A stretch of 63,628 nt of DNA, filler included, from 11 parts of 11 records of this genome joined end to end with filler, not necessarily neighbours in it, one strand, 5' to 3'; shown: positions 12,141 to 26,161, counted from the first letter of the whole stretch. The notes: a model not told the origin generated them from the sequence alone. Translations and numbers: made by a program.

Positions 12141-12240
12141 NNNNNNNNNNNNNNNNNNNNNNNNNNNNNNNNNNNNNNNNNNNNTTAATTAATTAANNNN
12201 NNNNNNNNNNNNNNNNNNNNNNNNNNNNNNNNNNNNNNNN
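12141..12240. other. Artificial contig linker N44-TTAATTAATTAA-N44; also at 16580-16679, 26162-26261, 30245-30344, 38937-39036, 43472-43571, 48260-48359, 51650-51749, 54889-54988, 60494-60593
   Basis: Identical 100-nt blocks containing a six-frame stop cassette. Confidence 0.99.
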
Positions 12241-14004
12241 TCCGTTGATGTCTTTGTGCGGATGGCACGCGTGATCGAGGTTGACCTCTATGGCTGTGTA
12301 CAGGCACTGGCTGGGCTGCCACCCTGTCGGCGCATCCCGCACGCTCATCTCTGCCCCTATCCGGCACGCCCTCCCTTGGGCCGCATCCACTGCCAGCCGG
12401 GCCGCAGCCTCGGGCGCGACCAACTCGACCAGCCGGTTGGCGTTGGCAGCAAGAGCGCCGACTAATCCCAACAGCTGCCTCCGGAGCCCAGGCTCGCACT
12501 CGCTCGAAATCGGCACCGACGGCCCACTGCACCGACCGAGCTGATTCCGCGAACAGCCGAACCCAAACCCACGCCCAAACCTTTCAGGCTGCTGCCCCTG
12601 GCAGTGAACGCACGGCAGCTCGCCTTGGAGCTGATTGTGCTGCGAAGCGAACAGCTGGGCGAGCTTGGGCGGCGACGAATCCCCCAGCGGCGCGGTACCT
12701 GGCAGCGGCGAGTCGCAAGCACCGGATGCTGGGACGGGACTGCAGATGGGCTCGGCCAGCTCGCAAGGCGGCGGGGCGCAGAGCTCGCAGACGAACTGCC
12801 GGTTGAGCAGCTGTTGGAACCAGCCGATGCTGCTGCCTCCAGACTCAAAATGGGCCAACTCGCGCTTGAGGTCGGCAAGCTCGTCGGGGGCCCAGTCGTA
12901 GCAGCCGCAGTGCGACCAGCGCCCGCACCGGCTGCACTGGATCGTGTCGGCCAGCCTCTCGATCCCCACACCGCTCAGCCCGCACTTGCAGTTGAACTGC
13001 CACTCGCCTCGCGGCAGCTTGACCCAAGTGTCCACAGCCAGCCGGGTGCGCGGGCCGAGCTCCTTTAGGTGCCGCCGGGTCTGGTTGAGCCCGATGATCT
13101 GGCCCGGCTCGATCTCAAGCTGGGTTGCTATCTGTGCTATGGTCTCGCCCTCTTGTTCGACGATCCACCAATCGTTAGACCTCACTGGCACCAGCAGCGT
13201 GGTGCCTTCCTTCAGCGGGGAGCCCTTGCGCAGCCCGGGCAGCCGCGGCGCGTTCAGCCGGAGCAGCAGCTCAGTGTCGGCTACTTGAGCGAACTTGGCA
13301 ACGGCCATCACCGTCTCGTCGTCGCCGCACCGGAACAGCTCAGCAGACTGCAGCTCGAGCCTCCTCTGCCGGAGCGCCCGCCACTGGGACTTGAGTCGGT
13401 CCAGCCAGTCAGCGCCCTGCAGACTGGCTGCTTGGGACGGGGAGTCGCGCAGCTGGCGCCATCGCCGCTTGAGCTGCTGCAGGTCGAGCGTTCGGCCGGC
13501 CAGGCTGATCAGCAACGGCCCGCTCGGGGGGACCAGCTCGGCCGGCCGGCGGGCGGATGGCCGGCTGGAAGGGGTGAAGCGCTTGCTGCAGCCGCGGCTC
13601 CGGCCCTTGCCGCAGCTGCCGAGTTGAGCGAGCAGCCGGAAGCTGTGCAGCGTGAGCAGCCGATCGGCTAGCAGCTCCTGCCATAACACCACCACCAGGC
13701 AGCTACACCCGCCCCCCGCCAGCTCCGTGTACAGCACAGCCGCTGCCTCGCCCGCCCGCCGGCTGACCATCCTGGCGCTGCCGCCGAGCGCGTCGAGAAG
13801 GCAGCTCCCTGCCGGCGGCTCCGGGTGCAATCGCTCGCAGGCTTGCCGGCAGAGCACCCGGACGGGGATAAGGCGGATTCGGGCAGGGTCAACACCCAGT
13901 CGGAGACCTAGCTGCCCGCCGAGCTCCGCGGGGCTGGCCGCCCGGTCCAGCACGGCCCGCTCGCCCACCAGCGGCTCCTGAGGGATTGGACAGCAGCCCT
14001 GCAT
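12241..14004 (-). CDS. Two LysM-like repeats, a PHD finger and the start of a 2OG-Fe(II) dioxygenase-like domain; 3' partial
   Basis: DDETVMAVAK...LLLRLNAP...LKEGTTLLVP and EGETIAQIATQLEIEPGQIIGLN...VKLP; CKC...IQCSRCGRWSHCGC...FVCELC; YTAIEVNLDHACHPHKD at the contig end. Confidence 0.7.
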
Positions 14005-14048
14005 TGGCAGCCGTTAATTTCGAGCCGTTGGGCCACTTCAGGAGCAGA

Positions 14049-14573
14049 ATGCCACGCGACGCCTACCACTGGGCAGTGGGGAGCTCAGAGGAGGCGAGCC
14101 GCTACCACTGGTGCGACTGCTTCGGCTGCTGCCGGCTAGCTCCGCACCGGCCTGCCAGCAAGATGGGCCGCTGCCCGCCAGATTGGGCGCTGAGGCTGGA
14201 TCGGGTGCTCCGCTGGGTCGAGGCCGGCAGAAGGCTCCAGCTATGGCGGGCAGCCGCGGGCTGGCCGGCAGGAGCGGCGGGAGAGCCTGGAGCCAGTCGG
14301 TTGCCGAGCATGGGGGATGCGAAAGGTTGCTGCCTCAAGTGCGGGCGCGGGGTGGGCGACGAGTGGTCGGCGGCGGACTCGCGGCTGGTGGGCCAAGTGC
14401 TGCTCCGGGGAGGAGCCCAGTGGTCGGCAGTGCGCCGGCTGATGCTCCGGGCGCTCCAGGGCGACCTCGGGCTCCGGCTCCGGCTGTGGCAACGGGCGGC
14501 GGCGTTGGGTAAGGTGGGCAGCACACTGCGCTTTATGAAGAGTTACTCAATAAGACGCGTGGTGGTGCACTAA
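14049..14573 (+). CDS. Small hypothetical Cys/Trp-rich protein
   Basis: Open frame from ATG 14049 (HWCDCFGCC, CCLKC) ending in AT-rich DNA. Confidence 0.45.
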   Translation: MPRDAYHWAVGSSEEASRYHWCDCFGCCRLAPHRPASKMGRCPPDWALRLDRVLRWVEAGRRLQLWRAAAGWPAGAAGEPGASRLPSMGDAKGCCLKCGRGVGDEWSAADSRLVGQVLLRGGAQWSAVRRLMLRALQGDLGLRLRLWQRAAALGKVGSTLRFMKSYSIRRVVVH

Positions 14574-14757
14574 TAGTAAGAGTGCCTTAAATTAAAGATA
14601 ACTTAAAGAATAAAGCACGGATCTAGCATATTGCTTACATAATGCCGGATACCGGAGGGTAGTTAGTTTACTTTACTGAACCAATTGAGCTTTACAGATT
14701 AATTAATCTTCATGATTGTACAATCATCCCAATCTGGCCCCGGTGAGGTCCCGTGGC

Positions 14758-16476
14758 TCACTCGGCGGCGGCGGCTGACTGGCTCTCTCGCTTGGCGCGG
14801 GCTGCTTCGAACTGGGCTCTCTCGGCCCGGGACCTCGGTGTGAGCATGTGGCTGGGCACCCGCGCGGCCATCAGCGACTCATCCCTGTGCACGGCCCAGG
14901 CCTGCGTGCTCAAAAAGTTGACCAGGAACGGGTCCTGCTCCGGCTGGCCCAGCTCGCCGAATAAGTTTGTCCGGGTGCGCTCCAGCATGTACCCTGTTTC
15001 TATTGCGAACCGCGCGTACTGCTCAGTCACATGGAGCACCTCACGCACAAGCGGGCCGGCCTCGTCCATCAGCGCTGGCCGCCGGTCAGGCCCGCGGGCG
15101 GCGGGGGGCGCCTTGGTTTGTGAGTGGCTGAGTGGCGGTCTGGCTCAGTTTGCGAAGCTTCTTGTACGGTGGCTCGAGCTTCTGGAATAGTTGCGGCCAC
15201 TTGGGCAGGTACGAGGAGCAGCCCTCCGGAGCCGTCACCTCGTCGTAATCGAGGAAGACGTGCACCCGGTCGGCCGAGCGCAGCTTCTTGACCCCGGACT
15301 GCATCCCGACCGCGAACGGGACTGGCGCGTCTATGAACCTGCAGCTGGGCTCGGCCGGCCACTCCAAGGCGCGCACACCCGTACATCTTCTCGGGCAGGA
15401 TGGGCGCGAGCAGCCCTTGCCAGCAGAGCGGGTAGATCAGCCCCTCGAGCGCCAGCACCGCCCCGGAGAGCAGCCCGAGCTCGCCCGAGATGAACACCAT
15501 CTGCTTCTCCATCAATGCGAATGCAAATAAATGGAGCAAGTTCCGGAGCGAGAGCGCCCGGGCCAGCAGCAGCATCGACCACTCGGCCAGCGCCAGCGGC
15601 CCGGTCGGGAGTTCCCCGCTGAGCGGGCTGGGCAAAGGGGTGGTCGGGAGCTCGATCTGCACTGGCCCTCGCCCTATCGCGCACACAGCCTGCAGCACGG
15701 CCTCGAGCACCTGGATGCCCTCCCCCAGCTCCCCGGGCCCGTCGCTCCGGGCCGCCGACCGCCGCAGGTGCTCGTGAGCCACCAGCGCGAACAGGACTTT
15801 GAACAAAATCCCCGCCTGCGGCCGCCTGCCTGCCGCTCAGGCTGGCAGCCCGGGCAATTGCCTGGTGATCACGCAGTAGCAGACCGGGGCCGACCGTATC
15901 ACCTGCGACGATTCGCCGCCGACCACCAGCTCGCGAGAGACGAAGCTCGGCGGGTTCTGCCCCCGGGCTCGGGCGGCCGCCGGGCGGAGGGGGTGCCTCG
16001 ATCGCTTCCTCGGTGAGCACGCAGAAGCCGTAGGAGGGGTCGCCTTGCTGGTTGGTCATCCGGAAGCTGAACGTGTGCGAGCTCTGGTGCACGTGCGGCC
16101 GTTGGAGCACCACCTCGTCCAGGGCCGACAGCGAGGCCGTCCGCTTCAGCTGGGCCACCGGAACCCCCTTGGGGAAGCAGAAGTGCGGGATCATCTCGGC
16201 CGGCAGGGTGGGGGTCCGTCCGCCGGGCCGGGGCCAGTGGTGCAGCACGGTCGGCTCGAGCAGCTTCTCCCCGGGCGGGCCGGCCGGGTCTGGGCCGACC
16301 AGCACGAAGTGGTCAATCAGCGGCAGCGGGGCCCCCTCCGGCTCGGCCGGCTCCTCGGCCTGCGCGCTGGCCAGCCGGCGCCGGAGCCCGGCCACCACCG
16401 TCTCCATCCCGGCCAGCGCCGCGTCGTGCCCGGCCACTAGCTGATCGGCCGCGGCCAACCGGTCAGGCTCGGCCAT
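14758..16476 (-). CDS. DENN-domain protein (Rab GEF family), 4 introns, about 3 of them GC-AG
   Basis: IDHFVLVG, IPHFCFPKG, FRMTNQQGDPSYGFC, APVCYCVIT, ALMEKQMVFIS, LIYPLCWQGLLAPILP, IDAPVPFAVG. Confidence 0.9.
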
Positions 16477-16679
16477 CGAGTCTGAAGTAACGGACGAATC
16501 AATGCCGAGGACAAGAGCGGGCAAGACGAACCAGCCGCAGCCCGCCGCCGAGGCCGCCGGGCCGGCCTTCCAGCGGCTGNNNNNNNNNNNNNNNNNNNNN
16601 NNNNNNNNNNNNNNNNNNNNNNNTTAATTAATTAANNNNNNNNNNNNNNNNNNNNNNNNNNNNNNNNNNNNNNNNNNNN

Positions 16680-19600
16680 CCGGATGCGCGAGCTGGAGGC
16701 CGAGGCGGCGGACGCGACGCACCAGTACCACAAAGCGACTGATATGATTTACTCGCTGCAGGACCAAGTCACCGAGATCAAGCAGCAGAAGGCCGACGCG
16801 CTTAAGGCCGCTCGGTCCGACCACGCCATGCTCTCCGCAGAGATCGCTTCGCAGCGGTCCGAGATTGCCACACTCACACGCGACAACGACGCTCTGAACA
16901 AAGCTGTCGATGAGCTGCGGGACAGCCTCAGCACAACCCGGTCAGAATGCGGGCTGCTCAAGGAGTCCAAGGCGCTCTCGGAGGCCGAGCTCAGCCGTGC
17001 GCGCACCAAGCTGGCGGATGCAGCCAAGGACGAGAGCCTGCTGTGCTCGCAGATCGAGCAGCTCAAGGAGACGGTTAAAATGTTCTCGACTGAGAAACAG
17101 GGCCTGCTCCAGCAGAAGTCCGGCGACAAGGAGACCTACATGGAGGAACTCCGAGTGCTCCGCGGTGCGCTCAACATCGCGCAGAACAACACAGAGGCTG
17201 CACTCACACAGGTGTCGCCGCGCCGCGACTGGCTGGGTTAAGTTGGGCGGGCCAGGTGCGCACCGAGAAGAACAGCATGGTGTGCGAGATCGCTGAGATC
17301 TCGGAACAGCTCGCGGGGGCCAAGGCTGAGGTGGCTTCTCTCTCTAAGCAGCTGGATACCACCGAGGGCGTCGTGGCGAATGTGCTGGCGGACAAGGAGG
17401 AGCTTGAGGCTGAGCGGAGGTTCCTGACCGGAGAGAAGTGCGACCTGGAGGAGGCGCTCCAGCGGGCCCGGATCGACGCCGAGACCAAGACTGTGGAGAA
17501 CAGTGAGCTGCAGGTGCTGCTGCGGTCGCAAGAGGTTGAGATTCATGACGACCGCGCCGACCTTCACCGGACCAAGGTGGACAGCGCGCTGATGCTTAGG
17601 GACCACGACGAGATCCGTACCACGTTCGAGAAACTGCGTGACGAGAACGAGCTGCTCACAGCCCAAGTGTCGCAGCTGCAGGATCACATCTCTAGCAGTG
17701 AGGTGCGGATGCGTCAGCTCGAGGTGGCCACGTCGCAGATCCCCGGGCTTCAGGCCTCTGCTGCCAATGCCCAGGCTGCTGCAACTGTAGCTACCCATGC
17801 TGCCAATGCCCAGGCTGCCACTGAGATGACTTCTGGAATCGCGGCTGCAGAGGGCCAACTGGCGGCCTCTCAGAGCGAGCTTGTCGCCACGAATGCCAAG
17901 CTGGCGGCAGATTTGGGGGCAGCCCAGGTGCAAATCGCGCAGATGCAGGCAGCGGCTGCCGTTGTACCGCCGGCTGCCGTTGTGCCGCCTGTGGATCCTG
18001 GCTTTGGGGTTGCCCACGTGGCTCCGATGCCGGGGATGCACCCAGCTCCGATGCCGGGGATGCATCCAGCTGAGCTGCAGGCTGCTCACCAGCAGGGTAT
18101 GCAAGCCATGCAAGGGCAAGTGCACCAGGCGGCACACCAAGCAGCCACCCAGGCCACTCACCAGGCCCACGCCGTCACCCAGGCGCAAGTGGCCCAGGTG
18201 CACGCTCAGGCACAGCACCAGGTCCAGATGGCCAACCATCAGACACAGATGGTCGCCCAGCAGGCGCACGCACAGGCCGCACAGCAGGCTGCACAGCTCC
18301 AGGCCACCACACAGGGAGCCCAGATGCAGATCCAGCACGCGCAAGCACAGGCCCACCAGGCACAGGTGCAGGCGGCCCATGCAACGCACCAGGCACAGCT
18401 CAGCCAGGCGGAGGCGGCAGGTCAGGTCCTGGCTGCACAGCAGCAGGCAGTGCAAGAGCAGTTCAGGGCTGCTGGCGCTGCGGCCCTAGCCGAGCAGACA
18501 GCCCTCAATGCCGCCAACGCCGTGAATGCTGCCAGCGTCGCAGCTCTCGGAGCTCCTGGCGAGGGCCAGATGCTCACTGCCTACAGCCCGGATATCAAGA
18601 TGCTGGTCGCAGAGAACGAGCGGCTGCGTGACCGAGTGATGGCACTCGAGGAGGAGCTCGCCCAGACCAAGGCGGCCACTGAGGTGGACCGGTCGATCCT
18701 TGAGGAGCAGCTGCACAACTCGGAGGCCCGCGCAGAGAAGGCCGACCTTGTCGATGAGATTGAGGACAAGCTGCGTGCCGCGCTCGAGGAGATTGCAAGG
18801 CTCGAGTCAGAGATGCTCAACACTCGGTCTGAAGCGGCCGAGCGCGACATCCAGTGGCAGTCTGAGGTGGATGCCCTTGCTGAAACGTATGCACTGCTGC
18901 AGGCTGAACTCAAGCAACGTGAGCGGGACATCGAGGAAATGAAGGAGGGCGCCTGGCTGTCTGCTGAGTTGCAGTACATGGCCAAGAAGGTCGAGGAGAT
19001 GGAGATGGAAGGCCGTGAGCACGTCGGTGACCAGAGGCGGCAGCTCGAGAAGCTGGAGGACAGTGAAGTTGAGCTCGCCAAGATGAAGGCTGAGCGCGAC
19101 GAGCTGGTCCAACAGATCCGTGCGCTGGACGAGGATCTGAACGACGAGAAGCTTGCCAACAAGGACCTGCTCTGCGAAGTGTCCAGCTTGCGGGACGAGC
19201 TCTCGCGAGCAGTTGCCGAGAAGGAGAAGGCGCTTGACGCTGCCGAGAGCTACCTCAAGCGCACTCTCGAGGGCCAGAATGCTGACCGCGACACACTCAA
19301 GGGAGCACTCAAGGAGCTCGGATCTTCGCTCGAGACTATCCGTGCCGATAAGGAGCGTGCACTTACTGAGAAAGATGAGCAGCTCGCGGCAGTCAAGGGA
19401 GAGCTGACTCGCGCCCAGGAGGAGCTGGCAGCTGCCCAGGATGCCAATGCTGAGATGGAGAAGTCGCTCGAGCTCTGCCAGCAGATGCTCAAGGCGTCGC
19501 TGATCTCCGCCTCGTCCCGTTTTGGGATCACCATTGCTAACTACCGATCCGGGATGATCCGGTTTGGGATGCAGTCATGGAAGGCGTACATGGTAGTTGG

Positions 19601-21434
19601 ACGGGCCCAGTCGAGGATTGCAGAGCTCGAGTATCGTGTGATGCTGCTGCAGGATGCTGGCAAGATGATGGCTCTCAAGAGGATCATTGGCCGGTGGAAG
19701 AACCAGCAGCTGCATGCAGGCTGGCAAGTGTGGCGCGTGTTCATGGAGGAGATGAACGCAGAGAACCGCCTGGACAAGCTGCTCGCTAGCATGACTGCTG
19801 AGCAGAGGAAGCGCGCACTGGAGCGGCTGAACGCAATCATCTCGGCCTGGCTCGGCGACCACTTGAAGGCCAAGTGGTTCGACTGGAAGCGTGAGGTGCG
19901 CGATGGCAAGCAGCGTCGTAAGACGATGAGCTACTTCATCAAGCAGATGCAGAACCGCAAGCTGGCGATCGGATTCCACACCTGGCATGACTTTGCCCTG
20001 CTCTCTTCTGAGGAGCGTGCACTGTATGAGATTAACGAGCTGCGGTGGAAGCTCAAGTACACCTACATGCAGTGGATGCGTGAGAAGCTCCAGTACGAGA
20101 CTTCCAACTGGGCTAGGTACCAGACACAGCGGCTATTTGGCAACTGGAAGAACGTGACCCACGCTGTGTCGCGTGTTGTGACCAAGGTGCACCTGATCCT
20201 TGGTTCAATCCACCGAGTCAAGAAGCAGCAAGCCTTCAAGGACTTTGTGGCCGCCTGCATGAACTCCAAGATTCAGGGGTACGAGGCCCTTGAGGGCAAG
20301 CTCCGTGCTGATGCACACAAGAAGGCACTCGAGAAGATGTCGCGTGTGATCAACCATGCCCACCATATGGCCTCTGGAGCTGCGTTCCGGACATGGACCG
20401 ACTTCACCACGTTCATGGCGGATGAGAACGCCACATCGGAGCGTGACGCTGCCCTGAAGGCTGCTGAGGAGGCAGGGTACGGCCGCGCTCGCTCCCAGTA
20501 TGAGGGCGAGATCCTCGACCTGCGTGATGCGCTCAAGCAAGAGCGGGCGCTGTCGTTCTATGCCCACCTGGACAGCGTGCTGATGGCACGAGAGAAGCAG
20601 GGCAAGACCTACGGGTTCTCGACATGGCGTCAGTGGACCTATGGCCATGCCAGCCAGGAGGATGCTGAGCATGCTAAAGACCAGGTTTCCAAGCTCAGGG
20701 CCCAGCTGGGTGTCGCCGAGTCTTCGTCCAAGGAGTACCTGGCAAAGATGAGCCTCCTGGAGAAGGAGCTGCGCCAGATGAGGGATGAGAAGCACCTCTC
20801 GGAGGATGAATATTATAATCGTGTGCGCAACTTTGAGCGCGACCTGGAGCAACTGCGAAGGGAGAAGGAGAACCAGCTGGAGAAGCTGGTGCTAGATAAG
20901 AAGCACCTGGAAGCTTCGCTGGCACATGCGCGTGCTACCAACGAAGCCCAGGCCGAGGAGCACGCTGCTCAGTTATCACGGGAGAAGAAGGGCAGGGACC
21001 GTCTTCTGGCAGACAAGTCGGATGTTGATCAGGACAGGGATACGCTGATCAATTCCAAGACGCAGCTGCAGAAGAAGAATCGTGACTTAATCACTGAGTA
21101 CGAGAGCAAGCTGGGTGACATGGAGACTGCACTGGCCAAGTCCACCTCGGAGGCCAGCCTCGCAAAGCGCGAGAATGAGGTGGTGATGAGGACCCTGGAT
21201 CAGGTCCACGGGGAGCTCGCCGAGTCCCGCGCTAGTGTGCACACACTGGAGGACCGTCTGTCGGACCAGGGCATGGAGGTCGAGCGGTATGTAAGCGAGC
21301 AGAAGCGAGTCATGCAGAGACTCAAGTCTGCCGAGGACCAGCTAGCAATATACGAGGGACAGAATCCGAGAGGCAATGCCGAATTGGCTGCACTGCGTCG
21401 GGAAGCTCAGGAGGTGAATCAAGCCTTGAACTAG
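16680..21434 (+). CDS. Large coiled-coil cytoskeletal protein with a Q/A/H-rich segment and Sfi1-like W repeats; 5' partial; one GT-AG intron near 17212-17255
   Basis: Long heptad-rich frames; repeated F/W-x-x-W-K/R motifs between about 19560 and 20640. Confidence 0.8.
17740..18550 (+). repeat. Coding low-complexity Q/A/H repeats, including tandem PMPGMHPA and duplicated GCTGCCAATGCCCAGGCTGC
   Basis: Visible directly in both the DNA and the translation. Confidence 0.8.
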
Positions 21435-21767
21435 TACAAACCATGTAAGATTAGTGTAAGAGAAGAAATCAATTATCTAGGTAGAACTCTCAACTCCACT
21501 TGGTCGCTAGTATTATTAATAATGTGCTAGGGATCAACATACACAGACATACAAAGTATTCAACGACTTCAAATATGTTAATTATGTGGTGATCACGAGC
21601 TAGCTTGGCGAGGTTGTCCTGCCCTTGTCATGTTGTTGTCCTATCCATCGGAGAACCTGGATTATTCAGCTGTTAGAACTGAACGAACTGATGCCCTCAG
21701 TTGGCTTGTGTTGTGGCGGGAAAATCAGTCTCTTCGCTCGCTGAGCGGCCGTCGAAGAGATATCAGC

Positions 21768-22779
<1,012 letters not shown>

Positions 22780-22926
22780 AGTGGTTCCGCTGCATGATCA
22801 CATGATTGCTACTGTATACTCGTACTCGTACTTAGGTGGCACACCACAATCATGGAATACACTACCAATATATGAATGAAAGTAGAATGAAAGAATCCCA
22901 TTATATGTATTTTCTCTAGCCTTTAC

Positions 22927-25900
22927 TTAGCGTAATGTATTGTGACTTGTGTGTTGATGCATGATGCCCCAGAAAGCACGATGACGGCCCATCACTGGAA
23001 GAATCAGTTTGCCCAAATCCTTTGCATACGTGACTTTCCCGTCAGCTTCAAAATCTTGGACAAAGTTCTCGTTCAAAATAGGAATTACCGCATCCGCTAA
23101 TAAGACATTGGAATACCAAATATGACTCGGCTCGTCTCTTTCAAGGGCCTTCAATTCTCCATCAATGGGAGGATCCAGTTGTTCCGACCCTTCCAAGACC
23201 TCAACACCAACTGCCATGTCGACTAGAGCCTTCCGAATATTATTGGCCAGTGTTCTTGCATCAGCGTCAGCCCAGATGAAAATCACGCGGAGTATGTCTC
23301 CCGGCGTTGACTGATCAGTGAGCACAGCAGTTTTAGGACTGGCCATCTCCCTTTCTCTGCATCCATGCAGCATGAAACCTAGCCGGGCCATTGCCCTTTT
23401 AAAGTCATCGTCAAAGTCCCCCATTGATGGAATAATTCTACACCCGCTCAGCAAACTGTTCAACTTGGGTACTCGCTGCGCCAATGTAGTCGTGTTTCCG
23501 AACCTAATCACCTTGAGTGCTGTCTCTAGTTTATCTATGTTTGTGAGGCTATCATCCTCAAAGTTCGAAGCAGAAGGCAGTCGATTTCTCCGGTTGAGTA
23601 CCGAGGCTAGAAACTGGCGGGTACCCAGCGAGTCCCCGGAGGCCAAGCTGGAGAGGCAGTTGCGCATTTCCTCGGTGTATCCATCAAAATCATGGAGCAC
23701 GGGCAAAATGTGCATCTCTTCCCTCTGTGCAGCATGAATCAGTCGTGCGGCGTCAGGCCATAACACGAATTCTCTCGACAACACTGGGACCACCAGTCCA
23801 ACACGTTGGAAAAGCGCCCTATCTAGGCAAGTCTGAGGAGCAGCATTGATCGCCCTCTCCTTGAGTCTCTGGCAGAGTGATTCCGCAAATGCAAGGTCAC
23901 TGTGCGCACAAAGAATAAGCGCATGTAAATCAGCATCTTTCGGGATGTATGAATTGAGCAAAGTGACAAGACTTGTAAATGACGAGTAAAAGTCCGTCTC
24001 AAAATCCGAGCCATCGTCAGGCACCATGGTGCTGGCTGAAGGTTCCTCCCACTTCACGTCACCCAGAAGCTCACGGTAAGCGACGTTTCTGCACATGATT
24101 TTAATCTGCGGCATATCCAATGCTAGTGCCCTTTGGGCCTCTTCACGACACGCCGCAGACTTGAGAAGCTGCGCGGTGCAGACAGGTACAAAGACAAGTG
24201 CTCGTTCAAGCTTGCCAAAGTACCAGGCTCTCCTGCGAAACAACCGATCAATGGCAAATCATGACAGATGACAGGCACCAGTCCTGACCAGGCGGCACTT
24301 GAGATCCATCTGCACTGGTTATTCCAATGGCGTTCAGGTTCCGTCGCAGTCGCCGCATTAGATACTCGTGCTTGCTTTGGTAGGAAAAGATCACTTCAAG
24401 CCGGTCTGTGTGCGCTCTCACCTTGAGAACCTCTTGCAGGCTGTTCCTCTTGGCTTCGTTCAGGTAGGGATGATCGAGAATTGCCTGCATCGAGGCTGGT
24501 CTTGCCAGGGGATCTCCCTGCAAGCACCACGCGACCAAGTCTTGGCAAACCAGTCTCTCAATCACAGCAGCATCTGTCCGACTAAGAATCTCGGCGAGCA
24601 GTTCGGGGCTTGGCTCCTTCCAGGCAGCAAGCACATCACACTGCTGCGGAGATATGAGCACGTCATCGGCTAAATCTCTCGCCAGCAGCTCAGTCCCTGT
24701 GGCAAGCTCAAACATCACCAAACCAAAGGCCCAAATATCAAATGCAGGGGTAGCCAGCAAGCGCGGATGGCCCTCGAGAGGATACCCACTGCTTCGAGTC
24801 GGCAGCAGCAGCTTCATGAATTCGGGCGGAATGAATCCTTCGGAGAATTTATGGGCGGTCGGCTGATTGAGCTTAACAGATGCATCCAGATCGATCAGCA
24901 CCCATTGATCACGGTCTTCCTCTTCTGTATGCTTCCGCATTATATTTCTGAGTTTCACATCGCCGTGGCTCAATCCAGCCTCATGAATATGACTCAGACT
25001 ACACGCCACCTGCCTCATGATGCCTCGAACCTTCGCTGGATTTCGTGGAATGCGCTCCATCGACACTGCCATCGCCAGACTCCGTGGCGCCCACGGTAAG
25101 ACCAGCACCCATTCGCCATCGTTTGATGGCTGAGGGGCCACATTCCAATCTGTCCGCCAAGCTGTGGACATTGTTTGTAACGCCTCTTGCGCTAGGGCAT
25201 CAGGAGAGATCAGCTTACCCTCGTCTGAAGGCGTGCGGACGAATGACTTCAACTCTCCGACGTGTTGCGATAAGTCATCATCAGTAGCATCCGCCAGCAC
25301 CCATTCGCTGCGGGGCACATGGCATCTCAATACCTCGAGAACAAACTGTGGTTCGAGCTGCTGGCGAGCTTCAAGTTCGTTTCGTGCGTAATCCCACTTT
25401 GATACGATTTTCAATGCAACTTGCTGGCCGCCTTTGAGCCGATCTTCAGCATGCCAAACGGCGCATGTCGCTGAGACATAATCCGGGTTACCACTCAGCA
25501 AGTGGTAACGCCCTAAAAAAGTACCGAATCCAGTTGACCACCAGGCATTAGGCGCACCCATCCCCTTGGCTGCCTCTAGCATTGTTCGACCCTGTGAATC
25601 CACCAACGTCCCTAACCTATGGGCTGACTTGAGTCTGTCTGCCAACCTTGTGGCCGCCTCTGCATCAGCTACAGATCGCCACTGCTGAGTAGCAAACCAG
25701 CATCCTGGTGGGTCCCCAGTACCTGGCATGGTGGAAGAGAGCAGCATGCAGCTTTTATCGCGCACTGCTGTACTCAGCTCTCTGTGGATGCATCCGTCCA
25801 GGATGAGCTCAACCACACGCCACAGGAATGCACCAGGGGGCCTGCTAAACCAAGAGATGAGCGCCAAATGAATCGGTAGATTGCCCTCGTTGTCCGGCAC

Positions 25901-26161
25901 GAAGCTCAAGTGGCTCGCCAACCGTTGCCCAATATCGGCATACTGGGTATACTGCTGTTGAGGTACACACGCAGGCGAATATTTGTCACCAACACAAAGC
26001 CCGAGTTGCCTATAATCTGCAGCAAGTACCGCATTCTGCACTTGAGCTTGTTCTCGCTTCAACCGTTCTGCCAGGCTTTCATGCTGGGAGTCATTCAGAC
26101 CCGCGGCGGGTACCACCAGCCCATTGGCCGGGACCTCCCGCCGGCGGATTGCGCGGCCGAA
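22927..26161 (-). CDS. Ankyrin-like repeats, Ser/Thr kinase and three TIR-like domains; 5' partial; intron near 24232-24277
   Basis: DNEGNLPIHLAL, DSQGRTMLEAA; VALK, HGDVKLRN, LIDLD, DIWAFG; TIR1 VIFSYQSKH...SAACREE plus two further TIR-like repeats. Confidence 0.8.

Noticed and set aside
12141-12240. Ten regularly repeated TTAATTAATTAA units as a repeat array or CRISPR
   Set aside because: Artificial scaffolding linkers embedded in N runs; gene neighbourhoods across them are also meaningless.
17238-18455. 405-aa antisense Leu/His/Cys-rich ORF, and similar long antisense ORFs (42443-43519, 43812-44876, 56264-57334)
   Set aside because: Shadow frames of GC-rich sense genes, with no motifs of their own.
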